Source: Pirellulaceae bacterium
GTDB lineage: Bacteria > Planctomycetota > Planctomycetia > Pirellulales > Pirellulaceae
Assembly: GCA_030744725.1 (NCBI GenBank)
Contig: JASLPZ010000001.1
Coordinates: 18,882-82,881, forward strand
DNA length: 64,000 nt
Direction of reading: 5' to 3'
This document shows, one piece after another, positions 48,041-57,594 of the stretch; positions within the stretch are counted from its first letter, which is position 1; each line of letters begins with the position of its first letter. A program made the translations under genes and the position numbers. Under the pieces are notes generated by a model, which was not told the DNA's origin, did no database searches, and saw nothing but the letters and a program-made list of their open reading frames with translations.

Positions 48041-50500
48041 ATGAGACATTTGTGCATTCTCTTCGCCTTGGCGCTCGTCGCGGCAACTCCGCCCTTGGCC
48101 AATGCCGACACTCAACAAGTCGACTTCGAGCGCGACATCCGTCCAATTCTATTTGCCAACTGCGTCGGCTGTCACGGATCGGACCAGGACGAGCGTGAGG
48201 GTGAACTGAGCCTGGATCGCGCCGACGATGCGCTCGGCGACGCAGACCGCCGGATCATCGTCCCCGGCAAGCCGGACGAGAGCGACCTGATCGCGCGCAT
48301 CACAACCGACGACGAAGACGAACTGATGCCTCCTCCTGATTCAAAGAAGAAGTTGTCAGCGGAGGAAATCGAACTCCTACGAATTTGGATCAAGCAAGGC
48401 GCGACATGGCCCGAACACTGGGCCTATCGACCGCCAGAGCGGCATCCTGTTCCAATCGTCGAAGACTCGGAGTGGTCACCACGTTGGATTGACCGTTTCA
48501 TCCTGGCGCGACTTGAGAACGAAGAACTCCGCCCATCGCCCGACACGGATCCCGTCACGCTGGTCCGCCGGCTGCATTTCGACCTGATCGGGCTGCCACC
48601 GACTCCAGAACAGATCGATCATTTCATTGCCGACGCCGCAGGGCGAGTTTCAAACGAACCAAGTCCAACGGCGGACGCCAGTATTCAGGTGGGGAACTTG
48701 CCCCAGTTTGAGGATGCCTACGAGCGACTTGTCGATCGCCTTCTGGCCTCCAAACATTACGGCGAACGGATGGCGATATATTGGCTCGACCTGGTCCGTT
48801 ACGCAGACACCGTCGGTTATCACGGTGACCAGGATCAGAGCATCTCTCCGTATCGCGACTACGTCATCGAGTCGTTCAACGACAACATCTCTTTCGACCG
48901 CTTTACACGTGAACAGCTGGCGGGTGATTTGTTGCCCGGTAGCAGTAATGACCAGAAAATTGCCACGGGCTACAACCGTCTGTTGCAAACGTCGCACGAA
49001 GGCGGCGTGCAGGCCAAGGAGTACTTGGCGATTTATGCGGCAGATCGGCTGCGAAATCTGTCGTCCGTCTGGATGGCGGCATCGCTTGGCTGCTGCCAGT
49101 GTCACAACCACAAGTACGACCCGTTCACGATGAAGGACTTTTATTCGCTGATCGCATTCTTCGCAGATGTCGATGAAGACCGACACTTCAGTAATGGTGG
49201 CAACTCGCTCCCGACGAGGCGAGATCCCGAGGCCAAACTTCTTACTAAGACCGAGCGAGCGCGGATCGCGCAGCTGGAAGCACAAGTCGCAGAAACTGAA
49301 AAGGTACTTCTACGGCTCAAAGAGGAGCCTGGCGCGGACACGGCAGAATTGAAGAAGAAATTCGACCAGTGGAGTCATCTACTCAAAGAGGCTCGATCCG
49401 GTGCACGGCTCACGATGATCACTAAGGCGATCGAACCTCGCGAGATTCGAGTTTTACCACGCGGGAATTGGCTCGACGATAGCGGACCGATCGTGCAGCC
49501 TGCTGTGCCGGAGTTTTTCGCTGGGCTCGACATCACCGATCGTCGACCAACGCGGCTTGATTTGGCCAACTGGCTCACTGACCAAAGCAACGGTGTCGGT
49601 GGACTGACGGCGCGCGTGTTTGTCAATCGGTTTTGGTACCTGTTGTTGGGCAATGGCATTGTGCCGATGCTGGACGATTTCGGAAAACAGGGCGAGTTGC
49701 CCACGCACCGCGAATTGCTCGATAATTTGGCGGTCGAATTTATCGAAAGTCGCTGGGACGTCAAGCACATGATGAAGCTGATCGTGATGAGTCGCACCTA
49801 TCGGCAGTCGTCGTTGGAGCCGGCGAGCCTTCACCTGCGCGATCCGTACAACCGCCTGGTAGCTAGACAGTCACGGTTTCGCTTTCCGGCGGAAACCGTC
49901 CGTGACAACGCGCTGGTAATCAGTGGCTTACTGGTCACCGAGCAAGGAGGTACCAGCGTCAAGCCATACCAACCGGCCGGCTACTACCGGCACTTGAATT
50001 TCCCCAAGCGGACGTACCAGCACGACGTGGACCAGCGCCAATGGCGACGCGGTGTCTACGTACATTGGCAGCGGCAGTTCCTCCATCCCATGCTCAAGGC
50101 GTTTGATGCACCGACGCGCGAGGAATGTATGGCACGACGGCCACAGTCAAATACCCCGCTGGCCGCACTCGCGCTGCTGAACGATCCATCGTTTGTAGAA
50201 GCTGCCCGCGTCTTCGCGGAACGCATCCTTTGTGATGGCGGCGAGTCAACTGAGTCCCGGCTGGCCTTTGCGTTCCGCCATGCTGTCTCGCGCGTGCCGG
50301 ACGTTCGCGAAAACGATCTGCTCAGCAGGCTGCTCGCATCGAGTCAGAAGCGATACGAGTCCGATACGAAAGCGGCAGGGGAACTTATCAGTACGGGGCA
50401 GGCGCCGCGAGTCGAGAACGTTGATCCGATAGAACTTGCCGCATGGACAACTGTCGCCCGCGCGATCTTGAATATGAACCAGACGATTACTCGCAACTGA
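48041..50500 (+). CDS. PSCyt1 / DUF1549 / DUF1553 (PSD1) domain protein
   Basis: The start is placed at MRHLCILFALALVAATPPLANA (ATG 48041). Planctomycete-cytochrome motif FERDIRPILFANCVGCHG is present. The DUF1549 region follows, then the DUF1553-type CCQCHNHKYDP. It is paired with a downstream DUF1501 gene. Confidence 0.88.
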   Translation: MRHLCILFALALVAATPPLANADTQQVDFERDIRPILFANCVGCHGSDQDEREGELSLDRADDALGDADRRIIVPGKPDESDLIARITTDDEDELMPPPDSKKKLSAEEIELLRIWIKQGATWPEHWAYRPPERHPVPIVEDSEWSPRWIDRFILARLENEELRPSPDTDPVTLVRRLHFDLIGLPPTPEQIDHFIADAAGRVSNEPSPTADASIQVGNLPQFEDAYERLVDRLLASKHYGERMAIYWLDLVRYADTVGYHGDQDQSISPYRDYVIESFNDNISFDRFTREQLAGDLLPGSSNDQKIATGYNRLLQTSHEGGVQAKEYLAIYAADRLRNLSSVWMAASLGCCQCHNHKYDPFTMKDFYSLIAFFADVDEDRHFSNGGNSLPTRRDPEAKLLTKTERARIAQLEAQVAETEKVLLRLKEEPGADTAELKKKFDQWSHLLKEARSGARLTMITKAIEPREIRVLPRGNWLDDSGPIVQPAVPEFFAGLDITDRRPTRLDLANWLTDQSNGVGGLTARVFVNRFWYLLLGNGIVPMLDDFGKQGELPTHRELLDNLAVEFIESRWDVKHMMKLIVMSRTYRQSSLEPASLHLRDPYNRLVARQSRFRFPAETVRDNALVISGLLVTEQGGTSVKPYQPAGYYRHLNFPKRTYQHDVDQRQWRRGVYVHWQRQFLHPMLKAFDAPTREECMARRPQSNTPLAALALLNDPSFVEAARVFAERILCDGGESTESRLAFAFRHAVSRVPDVRENDLLSRLLASSQKRYESDTKAAGELISTGQAPRVENVDPIELAAWTTVARAILNMNQTITRN

Positions 50501-50515
50501 GAGGACTTGGCTGCA

Positions 50516-51961
50516 ATGCTCACACCAGATGACCTCTCAAGGCACGTCAATCGCCGGACGTTTCTCTCAGGCATGGGCGTGGGGCTCGGCTCCGTGGCTC
50601 TCTCGTCGCTGTTGGCTCGCGACCTGCCGGCTGCTGCGTCTGGAGAGGACACGACAGCGAAAATCGGCTTACCCGGTTTGCCGCACTTCGCTCCCAAAGC
50701 AAAACGCGTGATCTTCCTTTGCATGGCAGGCGGTCCGTCGCACTTGGAGACGTTCGACTACAAGCCGGCACTCGCCAAGTCAGACGGCAAGCCGATGCCG
50801 GCGTCGTTCACCAAGGGGCAACCGATCGCACAACTTCAGGGTAAGGAACTGAAATGCCTGGGGCCGATGACGAAGTTCAAGAAGTACGGCACCAACGGTC
50901 AGGAGATCAGCGACTTCCTTCCCTGGCACGCCAAGATGGCGGACGACATCTGTATCATCCGCTCGATGGTTACCGACCAAATCAATCACGACCCGGCACA
51001 TACGTTCATGAACACCGGCTCCGCAACCAGCGGTCGTCCGTCGATGGGTTCTTGGATCAACTACGGGCTGGGAAACGAGAGCGAGGATCTGCCTGGCTTC
51101 GTAGTCATGACCAGCGTCGGCGGGCGCAACCCCCAGCCGATCGCGTCACGTCAGTGGTCTGCGGGATTCCTGCCCAGCCGCTTCCAAGGAGTTGAATTCA
51201 ACTCCAGTGGTGATCCCGTCCACTACGTGCGGAATCCACGGGGCGTTTCGCGTGAACAACAGCGAGAATTGGTCGACACGATCAAACAGTTGAATCGGCA
51301 TCGCAACGAATCGGTAGCCAATTCGGAAATTGACACGCGCATCGCTTCGTACGAGATGGCATTTCGAATGCAGGCGTCGGTGCCGGAACTGATGGATGTT
51401 TCAAACGAACCGGCCAATCTGATGGAGATGTACGGCGCGAAACCGGGCGACGGCTCGTACGCGTCGAACTGTCTTCTTGCCCGCCGTTTGGCCGAACGCG
51501 ACGTGCGGTTCATCCATCTCTACCATCGAGGCTGGGACCACCACGGCGGCCTTGTCCAATACATGAATACTTGCTGCGGCTTGACCGACAAGCCAACGTG
51601 GGCGTTGATCACCGACTTGAAGCAACGCGGTATGTTGGACGATACGCTCGTCATTTGGGGTGGTGAATTCGGCCGGACTCCGATGTTTCAAGGCAAGGGC
51701 GGCGCCGGCCGCGATCACCACATCAAGGGCTTTTCGATGTGGATGGCTGGCGGTGGTATTAAAGGCGGGATGACTTTCGGAGCGACCGACGATTTTGGTT
51801 ATAACGCCGCTGAAAACGTCGTCAACATCCGCGACCTTCACGCCACCATGCTGCACCTGCTAGGCATCGACTACTCGAGATTCAACGTCAAATTCCTCGG
51901 CCTTGACCTTGGTCTGACAGGAGTGCTACCGTGTCGTGTGCTGGAATCGATTCTTGCTTGA
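50516..51961 (+). CDS. DUF1501 domain protein (sulfatase/alkaline-phosphatase-like fold, Tat signal)
   Basis: ATG 50516; the track uses the TTG at 50507. Twin-arginine signal NRRTFLSGMGVGLG is present, along with [24 protein letters not shown] and GRDHH. Confidence 0.88.
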   Translation: MLTPDDLSRHVNRRTFLSGMGVGLGSVALSSLLARDLPAAASGEDTTAKIGLPGLPHFAPKAKRVIFLCMAGGPSHLETFDYKPALAKSDGKPMPASFTKGQPIAQLQGKELKCLGPMTKFKKYGTNGQEISDFLPWHAKMADDICIIRSMVTDQINHDPAHTFMNTGSATSGRPSMGSWINYGLGNESEDLPGFVVMTSVGGRNPQPIASRQWSAGFLPSRFQGVEFNSSGDPVHYVRNPRGVSREQQRELVDTIKQLNRHRNESVANSEIDTRIASYEMAFRMQASVPELMDVSNEPANLMEMYGAKPGDGSYASNCLLARRLAERDVRFIHLYHRGWDHHGGLVQYMNTCCGLTDKPTWALITDLKQRGMLDDTLVIWGGEFGRTPMFQGKGGAGRDHHIKGFSMWMAGGGIKGGMTFGATDDFGYNAAENVVNIRDLHATMLHLLGIDYSRFNVKFLGLDLGLTGVLPCRVLESILA

Positions 51962-52129
51962 GCGAATCCTTGCGTTGTGTCAAAGCTGAAAAGTGGGATT
52001 CACTGCCTAGTGCTTTGTCAATTGCTGATCTTAGGGTTGAAGAAGAATGGTCGCCTGGCGAGATAGTCGTTGATCGCTCCGCGATCAATACGTTTGGTTC
52101 GCGGAGCGAACCACGACAATCAGGCAAAC

Positions 52130-52250
52130 GTTGTGGCACGGTCTCCCGACCGTGCCACGTTGGCGAATCATGACTCACCGATTGACCTTCCCTCCGAACG
52201 TGGGCCGGTCGGGAGACCGGCCCACAACCTGCCGACCGGCCCACAACCTG
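52130..52250 (+). repeat. family-A element, long form, copy upstream of 52324 gene
   Basis: GTTGTGGCACGGTCTCCCGACCGTGCCAC - 43-nt spacer - GTGGGCCGGTCGGGAGACCGGCCCACAAC, followed by an extra CTGCCGACCGGCCCACAACCTG. Each arm is itself a hairpin. Confidence 0.88.
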
Positions 52251-52323
52251 TGAATAACTCGGTCCGGGAAGAACCGGCCCGTGCACATCTCTCCCGAAGT
52301 CCGCAAGAGACAGGAACTGATTC

Positions 52324-53727
52324 ATGAGAACCTTGGTCTTTCTACTGTCAACGTTCTCGGTAATCGCCCCGCTTTCCAGCGCGATGGCCGCCGAGCCGCC
52401 ACTGCGCCCATGGAAGGAAAACGCTTCGTATTGGAGCTACCGCGGGAAGCCGGTGCTGCTACTGGGTGGCAGCGATGATGACAACTTGTTTCAGTGGCCG
52501 GAAGAAAAGCTGATCCCGCAGCTCGACCGGATGGTGGCGGCGGGCGGCAACGTGATTCGGAACACGATGAGCGACAGGAAGGACCAAGGCTTCGAGGTCT
52601 ATCCGTTCAAGCGACTCGAAAACGGTAAGTACGATCTCAACGCATGGAGTGACGAATACTGGACTCGATTCGATCGGATGCTGCACGAGACCGCAAAGCG
52701 TGGGATTTTTGTGCAGATCGAAATCTGGGACCGCTTTGACTATACGGACAGCCGCGGAAGTAACCGCTGGCAGATCCATCCATACAACCCGCGCAACAAC
52801 GTGAACTTCTCGTACGACGAGTCCGGTTTCTCCGCCCGCTATCCTGACCATCCCGGCGCGAACAAGCAGCCGTTCTTTTTTACGACGCCCAAACAGAGAA
52901 ACAACCACGTTGTGCTGTCATACCAGCAGCGGTTCGTGGGCAAGTTGCTCGACTACGCACTGCAATTCGACCACGTGCTGTACTGCGTCGACAACGAGAC
53001 AAACGGTGAGGAAGAATGGAGCCGCTATTGGGCGCAGTTTGTCAAGAAGCGCGCCGCCAGACAGAACAAGGAAGTGTACGTCACTGAAATGTGGGACGAC
53101 TGGGATCTGACCGCTCGACGTCACAAGAGGACTTTCGATCACCCCGATCTGTACGGCTTTGTGGATGTGTCACAGAACAACCACAACAAGGGCCAAAAAC
53201 ACTGGGACAATTTCCTGCACGTGCAGCAGTACTTGAGCCGGCAGCCGCGGCCGATGAACACCACGAAGACCTACGGGGCGACAGGAAACAAATTCCGCCA
53301 CACGGACCAGGACGGCATTGAACGGTTCTGGCGGCATCTGTTGGCTGGCGCGGCTTCCATTCGGTTTCATCGACCCGATTCGGGTTTGGGATTAAACGAT
53401 AAGGCCGTCGCGTGTATTCGGGCAGCGCGGAAACTGGAGTCGATCGTTCCACTGTGGTCCGTGGAGCCCGCCAACAAACTTCTCTCTGACCGTGTGGCCA
53501 ACGAAGCGTATCTGGCCGCCAATAAGGGCTTTGCCTATGTGGTCTATTTTCCCGCAGGCGGTGAGGTTGGCCTGGACACCTCAGACGCGAAAGGTCCGAT
53601 GGTGGCCCATTGGATCAACATAACAACTGGCCAACTCGGCCCACAGCATCGGCTGTCCGCGGGCGGAAGGATCACGCTGTCGCCTCCCGGGCAGGAGAAT
53701 TGGGCCGTCGCGATCGTCGCGCCCTGA
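52324..53727 (+). CDS. secreted hypothetical protein, possibly clan GH-A-like (TIM-barrel) glycoside hydrolase
   Basis: 467 aa with signal peptide MRTLVFLLSTFSVIAPLSSAMA. An acid/base-like motif (VLYCVDNETNGEE) and a nucleophile-like motif (EVYVTEMWDDW) are spaced as in clan GH-A enzymes. The family is not verified. Confidence 0.55.
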   Translation: MRTLVFLLSTFSVIAPLSSAMAAEPPLRPWKENASYWSYRGKPVLLLGGSDDDNLFQWPEEKLIPQLDRMVAAGGNVIRNTMSDRKDQGFEVYPFKRLENGKYDLNAWSDEYWTRFDRMLHETAKRGIFVQIEIWDRFDYTDSRGSNRWQIHPYNPRNNVNFSYDESGFSARYPDHPGANKQPFFFTTPKQRNNHVVLSYQQRFVGKLLDYALQFDHVLYCVDNETNGEEEWSRYWAQFVKKRAARQNKEVYVTEMWDDWDLTARRHKRTFDHPDLYGFVDVSQNNHNKGQKHWDNFLHVQQYLSRQPRPMNTTKTYGATGNKFRHTDQDGIERFWRHLLAGAASIRFHRPDSGLGLNDKAVACIRAARKLESIVPLWSVEPANKLLSDRVANEAYLAANKGFAYVVYFPAGGEVGLDTSDAKGPMVAHWINITTGQLGPQHRLSAGGRITLSPPGQENWAVAIVAP

Positions 53728-53775
53728 TGAGGTGCGTGGTCGAGTCTATTTCGGCAGCGCCGTAAGAAACCCACT

Positions 53776-53873
53776 GTTGTGGCACGATCTCCTGACCGAG
53801 CCACGGTGGCGAATCACGACTCACCGACTGAACTTTCTCCTTACATGGGCCGGTCGGAAGACCGGCCCACAAC
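53776..53873 (+). repeat. family-A element, long form, diverged copy downstream of 52324 gene
   Basis: GTTGTGGCACGATCTCCTGACCGAGCCAC - spacer - ATGGGCCGGTCGGAAGACCGGCCCACAAC. It has the same orientation and architecture as 52130..52250, is roughly 80-85% identical by eye, and has one 1-nt indel in the spacer. Confidence 0.85.
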
Positions 53874-53940
53874 GTGTTGCAGAAGCCAATGCATGAAAGG
53901 AGAGGGGGGGCCGTCTTGACCGCCTCGCTGCCGCTGACTG

Positions 53941-53970
53941 TGTACAGCTAGTTGGTCCCGTGGATATAAT
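53941..53970 (+). promoter_or_regulatory. candidate promoter of the clan-CD peptidase gene
   Basis: TGTACA (53941..53946), 18-nt spacer, perfect TATAAT (53965..53970), 47 nt before ATG 54017. Confidence 0.35.
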
Positions 53971-54016
53971 GTCAGCCAGTCGTGTTGTTTCCCTTTCCCA
54001 CCCGCAGGTGTCTTCC

Positions 54017-55654
54017 ATGAAACACACTTTATTGGCGATTGCCGGCCTTTTGGCTGTGTTGAGCATCGATCAAATGTCGCTTGCCACGGATCATTTTCTC
54101 ACAATTGGCGGCGGTTACTCACCGACAGGGAACCAGATTTCGCTCGAGAAAAATGTACAGCTCTATCAGAAGATGCTCGACGAGACTTATCCCGACAAGG
54201 TTGCGCACGACATCTATTTCAGCGACGGCGACGACGCCGGTCGCGACCTGCAGCATCACGACCCCACCGTCGAAATCCCTCGGGCACAGCTGCTGTTGGC
54301 TCGCATCTTCCAACAGACGAAGTACCAAGATCTGCAGTACCGCTCGCACGAAATCACCGGTGTGCGAGGCGGGGCGAGCAAAGACAATATCGAGAAGTGG
54401 TTCAGCGACGTCGGCGCGAAGTTGACTGCCGGCGACCGGTTGTTCATCTACATCACCGCGCATGGTGGTCGGGCCAGCGATAAGAAAACGCCCCACAACA
54501 CAGGACTGTTTTTGTGGAATTCGGAGCGTTGCCAGATGAGCGAATTCACCAAGTTCTTGGACAGGATCCCGGACGACGTTCCCGTCGTTGCCGTTATGGT
54601 GCAGTGCTTTTCGGGCGGCTTTGCCGACATGGTCTTCAATGAAGGCGACGCCAAGAAGGGACTTTCCACCGCGCCGCGTTGCGGCTTTTTCGCCACGGTG
54701 CACGATCGTGTTGCTGCCGGCTGCACAGCGGATATTAACGAGGAAGACTATCACGAATACAGCAGCTACTTTTGGGCCGCCATCCGTGGTCGCACGCGAA
54801 CCGACAAACCGATCGAATCGCCCGACTATGACAAAGATGGCGTGGTGTCGCTCGCAGAGGCTCACGCCTACGTCTTGTTGACCTCGACAACCATCGACAT
54901 CCCAACCAAGACGTCCGACGCCTTTCTCCGACAGTACAGCAAGCTGCCACCTAAACCCGCATCGAAAGCATCACCAAACAAGAACAAGAAAGAGAAATCG
55001 GGTTCGCCAAATAAATCGTCTGACAAGGGTGAGCGCCCAGAGGCTGAAGCAGCTTCGTCGGAACAAGCTCGCGACGAGTTGCCTGAGACGGACGAGCGGC
55101 CGGCAGCGGAACTGTTGTCCGCGGACAGCAACTACACGCTGTTGCTGAAGCTTGCCACGTCGGCCGACTCTGCAGTCCTGGAAGGGCTGTCAGCGCAGTT
55201 GGAGCTGGCTGGCGCGCGTCGTGCCCAGGCAGTTCGCGATCTGGCTAAGCAGATTCAGGACGAGAAGAAAAAGCTCGATGGGCAACATCGCAAGCAATCG
55301 TCGGAATTGAAGAAGATCGCCGGGGAGATTGGCAGATCGGTAAAGAATCGCTGGCCGGAGTTCGCCAACCGATGGCACCCAAAGGTGAATGAATTCCTGG
55401 AGAAGGACGGAGTGAAACTTGTGAAGCAGATCGAATCGCATCCCAAATACGCGCGATTCGAGGAGTTGCGTACGCAAATCCAGCAGCTTTCGGATCAGCG
55501 GTTCGACTTGGATCGCCGCTGGGTGAAATGCCAGCGTCTTCTGCGCTCGCTGGAATACGTCGCCTTGGCTGAGAATCTGAGCGAGGTTGCCTCTCCGGAA
55601 GTCCAACAGCGCTACCAGCAACTTGTCGAAGCAGAGTCCTGCACACTGAACTAG
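54017..55654 (+). CDS. secreted clan-CD cysteine peptidase-like protein (C13 legumain/caspase fold) with long charged coiled-coil C-terminus
   Basis: The start is placed at MKHTLLAIAGLLAVLSIDQMSLA. The putative catalytic dyad context is LFIYITAHGG (His-Gly) and VAVMVQCFSGGF (Gln-Cys). A Lys/Ser/Glu-rich linker and ~200 aa of heptad-like sequence follow. Confidence 0.6.
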   Translation: MKHTLLAIAGLLAVLSIDQMSLATDHFLTIGGGYSPTGNQISLEKNVQLYQKMLDETYPDKVAHDIYFSDGDDAGRDLQHHDPTVEIPRAQLLLARIFQQTKYQDLQYRSHEITGVRGGASKDNIEKWFSDVGAKLTAGDRLFIYITAHGGRASDKKTPHNTGLFLWNSERCQMSEFTKFLDRIPDDVPVVAVMVQCFSGGFADMVFNEGDAKKGLSTAPRCGFFATVHDRVAAGCTADINEEDYHEYSSYFWAAIRGRTRTDKPIESPDYDKDGVVSLAEAHAYVLLTSTTIDIPTKTSDAFLRQYSKLPPKPASKASPNKNKKEKSGSPNKSSDKGERPEAEAASSEQARDELPETDERPAAELLSADSNYTLLLKLATSADSAVLEGLSAQLELAGARRAQAVRDLAKQIQDEKKKLDGQHRKQSSELKKIAGEIGRSVKNRWPEFANRWHPKVNEFLEKDGVKLVKQIESHPKYARFEELRTQIQQLSDQRFDLDRRWVKCQRLLRSLEYVALAENLSEVASPEVQQRYQQLVEAESCTLN

Positions 55655-55685
55655 ACTAGGTACCTCAAGTCGATTGACTTTGTAA

Positions 55686-55705
55686 GATGGTCTTCCCAGA
55701 CCATC
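55686..55705. terminator. hairpin between convergent genes (possible bidirectional terminator)
   Basis: GATGGTCT - TCCC - AGACCATC: a perfect 8-bp stem located between the stops at 55654 (+) and 55715 (-). No U-tract. Confidence 0.3.
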
Positions 55706-55714
55706 GTGCCGACG

Positions 55715-56119
55715 TCAACTCTGCACCTCTCGATGCAATAACGAGTAGTATCGGAACCGTCCCGGCATGTGAGAACCTACCGACGCAATGATAATCACGG
55801 CGGACAGGATCGCCACACGGTAATCCCATAGTAAGGGAACGATTCCCAGAAGTACCAACTTAAGAAGAACAGCAACGCCGCGACCTTGGTAGAACCAGCG
55901 GCAACTTGGATAGGCTTCGATCACAATCAGACCGATACCTGTAGCGATCGAGAGGTAGAGCCAGATCAGAAGTCGTTCCGCGGCGACATCGAACACGTGT
56001 CCACCAAACAAGATCCCCGTCACTCCGATGTGGATAGTTCGAAAGGCCATGTTCCAGGCCCGCGCGTAGGGGAGAACTCGTGGTTGATCAGGAACCAGGA
56101 TGTTAACCAGGGTCTTCAC
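55715..56119 (-). CDS. small polytopic membrane protein, hypothetical
   Basis: 134-aa ORF with 3-4 hydrophobic helices. It lies 21 nt downstream of the DUF1501 gene on the same strand. The start is uncertain (MKTLV or MAFRTIH). Confidence 0.55.
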   Translation of the reverse strand: MKTLVNILVPDQPRVLPYARAWNMAFRTIHIGVTGILFGGHVFDVAAERLLIWLYLSIATGIGLIVIEAYPSCRWFYQGRGVAVLLKLVLLGIVPLLWDYRVAILSAVIIIASVGSHMPGRFRYYSLLHREVQS

Positions 56120-56140
56120 AAGGGAGTGCTGAGCTCCTTC

Positions 56141-57526
56141 TCAGGCGATGATGTCGCGTGCCACGCGGCCGGCTACGTTGGTTAGACGGAAGTCGCGACC
56201 GGCGTAACGGTAAGTCAGTTTGGTATGGTCGAGACCCAGCAAGTGGAGCGTCGTCGCGTGCAAGTCATGAATATGAAACTTGTCCACGGCAGCCGCAATA
56301 CCAAAATCGTCCGTCGCACCGTACCGCATTCCACCTTTGACGCCACCACCTGCCATCCACATCGAGAATCCAGTGGCGTTATGATCTCTACCGTCGTCAT
56401 TTCGGACCGCTGGCGTGCGTCCGAACTCTCCGCCCCACATCACGATAGTATCTTTCAACATGTCACGTTGCTTGAGATCTGTCAGCAATGCGGCTATCGG
56501 CTGATCTGTTGCAAGGCAGTTTTTACCCAGCCGATCACGCAAGCTTTTGTGCTGATCCCAGCCTTCGTGAGTCAATTCGATGTACCGCACACCGGCTTCC
56601 ACGAAACGACGCGCCATCAGGCACTGACGTCCAAAGTCGTCCGTTGCGTTTTCGCCAACACCGTAAAGCTTGAATGTTTCCGGCGTTTCTTCGGACAAGT
56701 CCATCAGTTTTGGAATCGACGTCTGCATTCGAAAGCCCAGTTCATAGGACTCGATGACGCCATCCAGTTGCGAGTTGGTAGGATTGCGCCGGGACGCGTT
56801 TCGGTTCATCGACTGTAACAGACTCACTTGCTTGCGTTGCAGGTCGACAGAATACCCTGGATTCTTGATGTTGCCGATCCGGGCATCTTTAAGCGCTTGC
56901 CCTGGCTGGCCAATACGTGTTCCCTGGTAGACGGCCGGCAAGAACGAACTGCCGTAGTTTTGAGCGCCACCGAGTCGAGCAGGTGGTTTGATCGTTATGA
57001 AACCTGGAAGCTCTTGGCTCTCCGTGCCCAGACCATAAAGCACCCAAGCTCCGACCGAAGGTCGCACGAATTGAAAACTCCCTGTGTGTAATTGGACCAA
57101 GGCCTGGGGATGGTTCGGCACGTCGGTGTGCATCGAGTTCAATAAGCACAAATCGTCGGCATGTTTACAAAGTTGTGGGTAAAGATCGGAGATCATCAAG
57201 CCACTCTCGCCGTGTTGTCGGAACTCCCACGGCGAAGGCTTCAGCTTTCGGCCTTTTTGGTTATTCAGTCCCAAGGTATCCGCGGGAGCCTTTCCCGCGT
57301 GCGCTTTCAACATCGGTTTGTGGTCGAATGTATCGACGTGCGACGGTCCGCCACGCATACAAAGAAAGATCACACGTTTGGCACGCGGCTCGAAGTGGGG
57401 CTCTTTTGTCGCCAGCGGGCTCTTGTATTCCTTGTCACTCGCCTCGGCTGCCAATGCCGAAAATGCCAAGTAACCAAAGCCACTTGAGGTTGTCTGGAGC
57501 ATCTGTCTTCGAGATATCTTAAACAT
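56141..57526 (-). CDS. DUF1501 domain protein (Tat signal)
   Basis: The start is placed at MFKISRRQMLQTTSSGFG (ATG 57526, with AAGGAAA upstream). [24 protein letters not shown] and GRDHN are present. Confidence 0.88.
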   Translation of the reverse strand: MFKISRRQMLQTTSSGFGYLAFSALAAEASDKEYKSPLATKEPHFEPRAKRVIFLCMRGGPSHVDTFDHKPMLKAHAGKAPADTLGLNNQKGRKLKPSPWEFRQHGESGLMISDLYPQLCKHADDLCLLNSMHTDVPNHPQALVQLHTGSFQFVRPSVGAWVLYGLGTESQELPGFITIKPPARLGGAQNYGSSFLPAVYQGTRIGQPGQALKDARIGNIKNPGYSVDLQRKQVSLLQSMNRNASRRNPTNSQLDGVIESYELGFRMQTSIPKLMDLSEETPETFKLYGVGENATDDFGRQCLMARRFVEAGVRYIELTHEGWDQHKSLRDRLGKNCLATDQPIAALLTDLKQRDMLKDTIVMWGGEFGRTPAVRNDDGRDHNATGFSMWMAGGGVKGGMRYGATDDFGIAAAVDKFHIHDLHATTLHLLGLDHTKLTYRYAGRDFRLTNVAGRVARDIIA

Positions 57527-57594
57527 AAAAGATTTCCTTTGGTGTTGCCGTCGCGGCATGATTGTTGTTTCGTCTTGTTTGTGGAACGAATGAC

